Source: Acidobacteriota bacterium
GTDB lineage: Bacteria; Acidobacteriota; Blastocatellia; Pyrinomonadales; Pyrinomonadaceae
NCBI GenBank assembly: GCA_043769325.1
Contig: JAYVJN010000599.1
Location: 1-28,341, forward strand
Length of the DNA stretch: 28,341 bases
Reading direction: 5' to 3'
Shown: positions 24,859 to 28,341 of the stretch, one piece after another
Numbering within the stretch: the stretch's first letter is position 1
Layout: the number at the start of each line of letters is the position of its first letter
Notes under the pieces: generated by a model
Databases searched by the model: none
What the model was told of the DNA's origin: nothing
What the model saw: only the letters and a program-made list of their open reading frames with translations
Translations under genes and position numbers: made by a program

Positions 24859-26069
24859 TTGCGTTTATCCGGCAAAAATGGAAAAAGATTGCGCTGGCCT
24901 TGCTGTTGTTGGCGGTGCTGACGCAGATTCCCTTTATTTACCGGCGTTGGCAATTGTCGCGGCTACACGCGGCGATTGAGCGAGTAAACGCAGGACGTGT
25001 TGCGCCGGATGAATCCGTTTACAAAGATTATTGGGGCGTACTGCACGTTCACTCAAACCTCGGCGGGCACAGCGACGGCAAACTAACGGACATCGCTAAA
25101 GCCGCGCAAGCCAACGGTTTAGCTTTCGTAATAATGACCGAACACCCCTCGCGTGAGGTCAATACGGTGGATTTTACCTTGCGCGGAGTACAGGGCGGCG
25201 TGCTGTTCGTTAATGGCAACGAGGTCGTGACGAGTGAGCGCGAACGCTTCCTCGCCTTGCCGGGCCACGAATCCGCCTTGACGGCAGACACGTTGGCAAC
25301 CGCGGAAGCCTTACGCCAGACAAACGCGCGGGAAGCCTTTTCAATAGCGGCTTATCCCGAAGAATGGCAACACTTAGACGCGGGCGGTTACGACGGCCTG
25401 GAAATTTATAACCTTTATACCAACGCCCGCCAAGCCAATCCGGTAACACTCTTTTTCGACGCGCTGTGGGCCGGTTATCCTGAATTACTCTTTACCAGAT
25501 TTTACGCCCGGCCCGAGGCCAATTTGCAACGCTGGGACGTAGCGACGCGGCAACGTCGCATTGTCGCTGTGGCCGGCAACGACGCGCACCAGAATATTGG
25601 TTTTGGTCTCGCGGATGCGAGTGGACATCGCTTTGTCTATCTGCAACTTGACCCATATGAGCGCAGTTTTCGTCTCTTTCGCACTCACGTCTTGCTACCG
25701 GCGGGGCAACCTTTAACAACGGAGAGTTTACTCTCAGCATTGCGGCAAGGCCATTGTTTTACGGGTTTTGATGTCTTGGGCGAGACTTCCGGCTTTCGCT
25801 TTACGGCGCACAACGGCGCGGAACAGAAGCTGATGGGTGACGAAATTACTTGGCGCGAGGGTGTTCGCTTGCGGGTGGCGTTGCCTGTTTCGGCGCGGGT
25901 GATTTTGTATAAGGACGGGCAAGCCGTTCAGGATGAACCGGCCATTTCGCAACAAGAATTTACGGTGCGGGAAAAAGGCGTCTATCGGGTGGAATGTTAT
26001 TTGCCGCAGTTGCCTGGCGCGGCGGGCGGGCTGCCCTGGATAATTAGTAATCCGATTTATGTGCGGTAA
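24855..26069 (+). CDS. PHP-domain metallohydrolase (CehA/McbA-like), N-terminally membrane anchored
   Basis: N-terminal TM helix, then LHVHS..GHSDG, MTEH, GNE, EIYN and GNDAH metal-binding motifs. Confidence 0.82.
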   Translation: MIAFIRQKWKKIALALLLLAVLTQIPFIYRRWQLSRLHAAIERVNAGRVAPDESVYKDYWGVLHVHSNLGGHSDGKLTDIAKAAQANGLAFVIMTEHPSREVNTVDFTLRGVQGGVLFVNGNEVVTSERERFLALPGHESALTADTLATAEALRQTNAREAFSIAAYPEEWQHLDAGGYDGLEIYNLYTNARQANPVTLFFDALWAGYPELLFTRFYARPEANLQRWDVATRQRRIVAVAGNDAHQNIGFGLADASGHRFVYLQLDPYERSFRLFRTHVLLPAGQPLTTESLLSALRQGHCFTGFDVLGETSGFRFTAHNGAEQKLMGDEITWREGVRLRVALPVSARVILYKDGQAVQDEPAISQQEFTVREKGVYRVECYLPQLPGAAGGLPWIISNPIYVR

Positions 26070-26114
26070 AAACGACGCGCCCCGAAGGACTTTAAGCCCT
26101 TCGGGGCGTAACGT
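26068..26114 (-). terminator. Intrinsic terminator for minus-strand transcription
   Basis: 11-bp stem CGCCCCGAAGG (26078-26088) / CCTTCGGGGCG (26098-26108), extendable past an internal loop. AAAAA at 26068-26072 gives a U-tract on the minus strand. Confidence 0.55.
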
Positions 26115-26140
26115 GCGCGGAAAAGCTTCTGCGCTTTTTT
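26115..26140 (+). terminator. Intrinsic terminator of the PHP hydrolase transcript
   Basis: GCGCGGAA-AAGC-TTCTGCGC (8-bp stem with one G-U pair) followed by TTTTTT. Confidence 0.7.
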
Positions 26141-26272
26141 GTGGTTGTGCGACTTAGTGTAATGTCGCGGCGGCTTGTAGAGAAGCGAGTATTAGCTTCT
26201 ACGCCTTGCCGTTTTCCTAGTATTGTTGGAAAGAGCCAGGTACTACCGCTAAAAAGTGTACCAAGTAAGTTA

Positions 26273-26302
26273 AACATAATTCTTTCTAACTGTCTTTGTC
26301 AA
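26273..26302 (-). promoter_or_regulatory. Putative sigma70 promoter facing leftwards
   Basis: Minus strand reads TTGACA (26302-26297), an 18-nt spacer, then TATGTT (26278-26273). Confidence 0.45.
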
Positions 26303-26411
26303 GTGGTGTTACGATAAATTTTAACTTTTTTTAGTAAAATTCTGGCACTCGCGCTGCCGGAGTGCGAAACTTAGCTCGCCATGTGGCCTGGGACGCTTTC
26401 CATCTATTTCT

Positions 26412-26509
26412 TTCAAGAAAAAGAATTTTCACCACGGGTTCCACAAATTACACAGATAATGAGTTAATCCGTGTCATCTAGGAAAATTATTGTAATTCTT
26501 TTTCTTGAA
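26412..26509. repeat. 16-bp perfect inverted repeat enclosing degenerate CACAGAT/ATCCGTG nonamer-type repeats
   Basis: TTCAAGAAAAAGAATT (26412-26427) / AATTCTTTTTCTTGAA (26494-26509). The interior has CCACGGGTT-CCACAAATT-ACACAGAT ... AATCCGTGTCATCT. Confidence 0.65.
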
Positions 26510-26549
26510 TACTATAGAAACCAGGCAATAGCGAACCAATGCGGAAACA

Positions 26550-26589
26550 CGCACGAAGTAAGTGTGCCCGTACGCCCTTACTTCGTGCG
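26550..26589. repeat. REP-like 13-bp inverted repeat downstream of selO
   Basis: CGCACGAAGTAAG (26550-26562) / CTTACTTCGTGCG (26577-26589), with imperfect pairing extending outwards. Confidence 0.65.
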
Positions 26590-26640
26590 GGCTTCTGCAT
26601 TGTGGGTTGCATTATTTTTTGGTCTGTTACTTACAGTGTA

Positions 26641-28140
26641 TTACGAAGAACAACTTATCTCTAAATGTTTGCTCCAAGCGGGCGGCAAAGCGGCGTAAAC
26701 TTCTTGTTCAGGTTGTTCTGCAAAAGGGTGACGCAGCAATTTCAGTAGGCGTTCGATTTCCTCGTAATCGCCGGCTTCGGCGCGGGTGATGGCGTTTTGC
26801 GCCAGATAATTGCGTAAGATGTATTTGGGGTTGACGCGCTGCATTCGTGTTTGCCGTTCCGCGTCGTCGTCGCCCGCCTCTAATCTTTTCTGATACAACG
26901 CGGCCCAAGCGTCAAAGTCCGATGAGTTGATAAACATATCTCGCAGTTCGTCATTGTGGTTGACCTCAAAACGACACAGAGCGCGGAAGAACCTGGTGTA
27001 ATCTACACGATTGGTTTGCAGCGTTTCGAGCAGCGGCACGATGAGGTCGAAATCTGCGGCGCGAACTTCAGACAACCCTAATTTGGCGCACATCAACGCC
27101 AAATAATGCTGCGAAAGAGTAGCCTGGTAGGAATTCAGGCCGTCAATCGCCGCGCTTTCCGGCACGACGGGCGAGAGCGCTTGCGCCAGACACGCCAGGT
27201 TCCAGAAACCAATCTGCGGCTGCCCGCCAAAAGCGTAACGGCCCGTGTGGTCGGAATGATTACAGATATAGCCCGCGTCGTATTCATCAAGAAAACCGAA
27301 AGGCCCGTAATCAAGCGTCAGGCCGAGGAGGGACATATTATCCGTGTTCATCACGCCATGCGCGAACCCGACGGCCTGCCATTGCGCCATGAGCCGCGCC
27401 GTGCGGGTGACAACCTCTTGGAAAAACGCGGCGTAGGGTTGTGGGGTTTCTAATAAATCGGGGAAGTGGAGCGCAATCGTGTAATCGGCAAGTTGACGCA
27501 CCTGTTCGGGTTGGTTGCGATAATAGAAATACTCAAATGAGCCAAAACGGACATGGCTAGGCGACATACGCACCATTGCCGCGCCTTTTTCGCTAGTCTC
27601 GCGGCGCACCGGCTCATCACTGCCGATGAGACACAAAGCGCGGGTTGTGGGGATGCCAAGTCCGTGCATAGCCTCGCTGCACAGGTATTCGCGGATGCAC
27701 GAACGCAAAACTGCGCGGCCATCGCCCATGCGCGAAAAAGGTGTCAGCCCCGCGCCTTTGAGTTGTAAATCCCAACGCCCGCCGCTTTGATTAACCGCTT
27801 CGCCCAACAGAATCGCCCGCCCGTCGCCTAACTGCGGCACATAAACGCCAAACTGATGCCCCGCGTAAGCCGCCGCGATAGGTTCCGCGCCGGCTAATAA
27901 CTTCGCGCCGCTAAAAAACTCCAGGAACTCCGGCGCGTTCGCGGCTTCGGGCGGTAAATCCAACAACGCCAACGCATCCGCGTTGACGCTCGCCAAAAAA
28001 GCCCCGCGCAAGGGCTGCGGCGCAACGCGGCGGAAAAACACTTCCGGCAAACGCGCGTAGGAATTTTCAAAGTTGAAAGCAATGCCTTGAGCTGTTGATG
28101 TCGTTGCAGTCATGGAAACAGTATGGAGTGAAGACGCCAT
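26641..28140 (-). CDS. selO: Protein adenylyltransferase SelO (YdiU/UPF0061)
   Basis: YAGHQFG..QLGDGRA, LKGAGLTPFSR.GDGRAVLRS, HGVMNTDN, DYGPFGF, NPKYILRNY and C-terminal CSS. Start ATG 28140 or 28113. Confidence 0.96.
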   Translation of the reverse strand: MASSLHTVSMTATTSTAQGIAFNFENSYARLPEVFFRRVAPQPLRGAFLASVNADALALLDLPPEAANAPEFLEFFSGAKLLAGAEPIAAAYAGHQFGVYVPQLGDGRAILLGEAVNQSGGRWDLQLKGAGLTPFSRMGDGRAVLRSCIREYLCSEAMHGLGIPTTRALCLIGSDEPVRRETSEKGAAMVRMSPSHVRFGSFEYFYYRNQPEQVRQLADYTIALHFPDLLETPQPYAAFFQEVVTRTARLMAQWQAVGFAHGVMNTDNMSLLGLTLDYGPFGFLDEYDAGYICNHSDHTGRYAFGGQPQIGFWNLACLAQALSPVVPESAAIDGLNSYQATLSQHYLALMCAKLGLSEVRAADFDLIVPLLETLQTNRVDYTRFFRALCRFEVNHNDELRDMFINSSDFDAWAALYQKRLEAGDDDAERQTRMQRVNPKYILRNYLAQNAITRAEAGDYEEIERLLKLLRHPFAEQPEQEVYAALPPAWSKHLEISCSS

Positions 28141-28341
28141 AACTGTAAAGATGGCGCGCCAGGCAAAAAACGAGGAGATTCAAAGAGACGTGATGATTTT
28201 ATTCTTCTTTTTCGCCTTCATATAAATCAATACCTTCCTCAAAAGCAATACCTTCGCCAATTTTGAGCGAAATCGAAAAATAGAATTATTGAAAGCAAAA
28301 GACTTGGAAAATTAACCGAAAACTTGGGAATAATTAATAAT

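Larger units (their letters stand above)
26068..26266 (-). ncRNA. Candidate ~200-nt small RNA
   Basis: Bounded by the putative promoter and the minus-strand terminator, with several short hairpins and no credible start codon downstream of +1. No family recognised. Confidence 0.25.

Noticed and set aside
26092-26277. 61-aa minus-strand ORF
   Set aside because: Its ATG lies inside the putative -10 box, it has no SD or recognisable motif, and it runs through terminator hairpins.
26641-26660. Selenocysteine in SelO
   Set aside because: The C-terminus is GAG ATA AGT TGT TCT TCG TAA (EISCSS-stop), with Cys and no in-frame TGA.
1-28341. rRNA, tRNA, prophage or known defence-system genes
   Set aside because: No cloverleaf or rRNA-like sequence in the intergenic gaps, and no phage structural, integrase, restriction-modification or other recognisable defence genes.

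Overview
GC-rich bacterial chromosomal window. It probably comes from Acidobacteriota (Blastocatellia-like); this is inferred from gene types and repeat style, not proven. It holds about 21 genes. The housekeeping/metabolic genes are an MDR oxidoreductase, trxA, an LCM-type methyltransferase, an FAD-linked oxidase, tyrS, a PLP decarboxylase, an S9 peptidase, a Dabb protein, a PHP-type hydrolase and selO. The standout is an 11.3-kb run of seven genes (10628-21963) in which every junction overlaps. In order, they encode a glycoside hydrolase (clan GH-A)-GT2-membrane fusion, a TonB-receptor-like outer-membrane barrel, an ABC exporter, a Cys-cluster methyltransferase, an unclassified GT-B glycosyltransferase, a GT4 and a PIG-L deacetylase. 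A secreted seven-bladed FG-GAP protein follows. This looks like a build-decorate-export pathway for a glycan or glycoside that I cannot assign to a known product. Non-coding structure includes STRR-like heptamer repeats, some translated into protein N-termini and one forming a G-quadruplex motif. There is also a nested REP/REPIN-like palindrome where a toxin gene would be expected upstream of an orphan HTH antitoxin, and a candidate ~200-nt sRNA between two convergent genes. I found no rRNA, tRNA, CRISPR array, transposase, integrase or reverse transcriptase.
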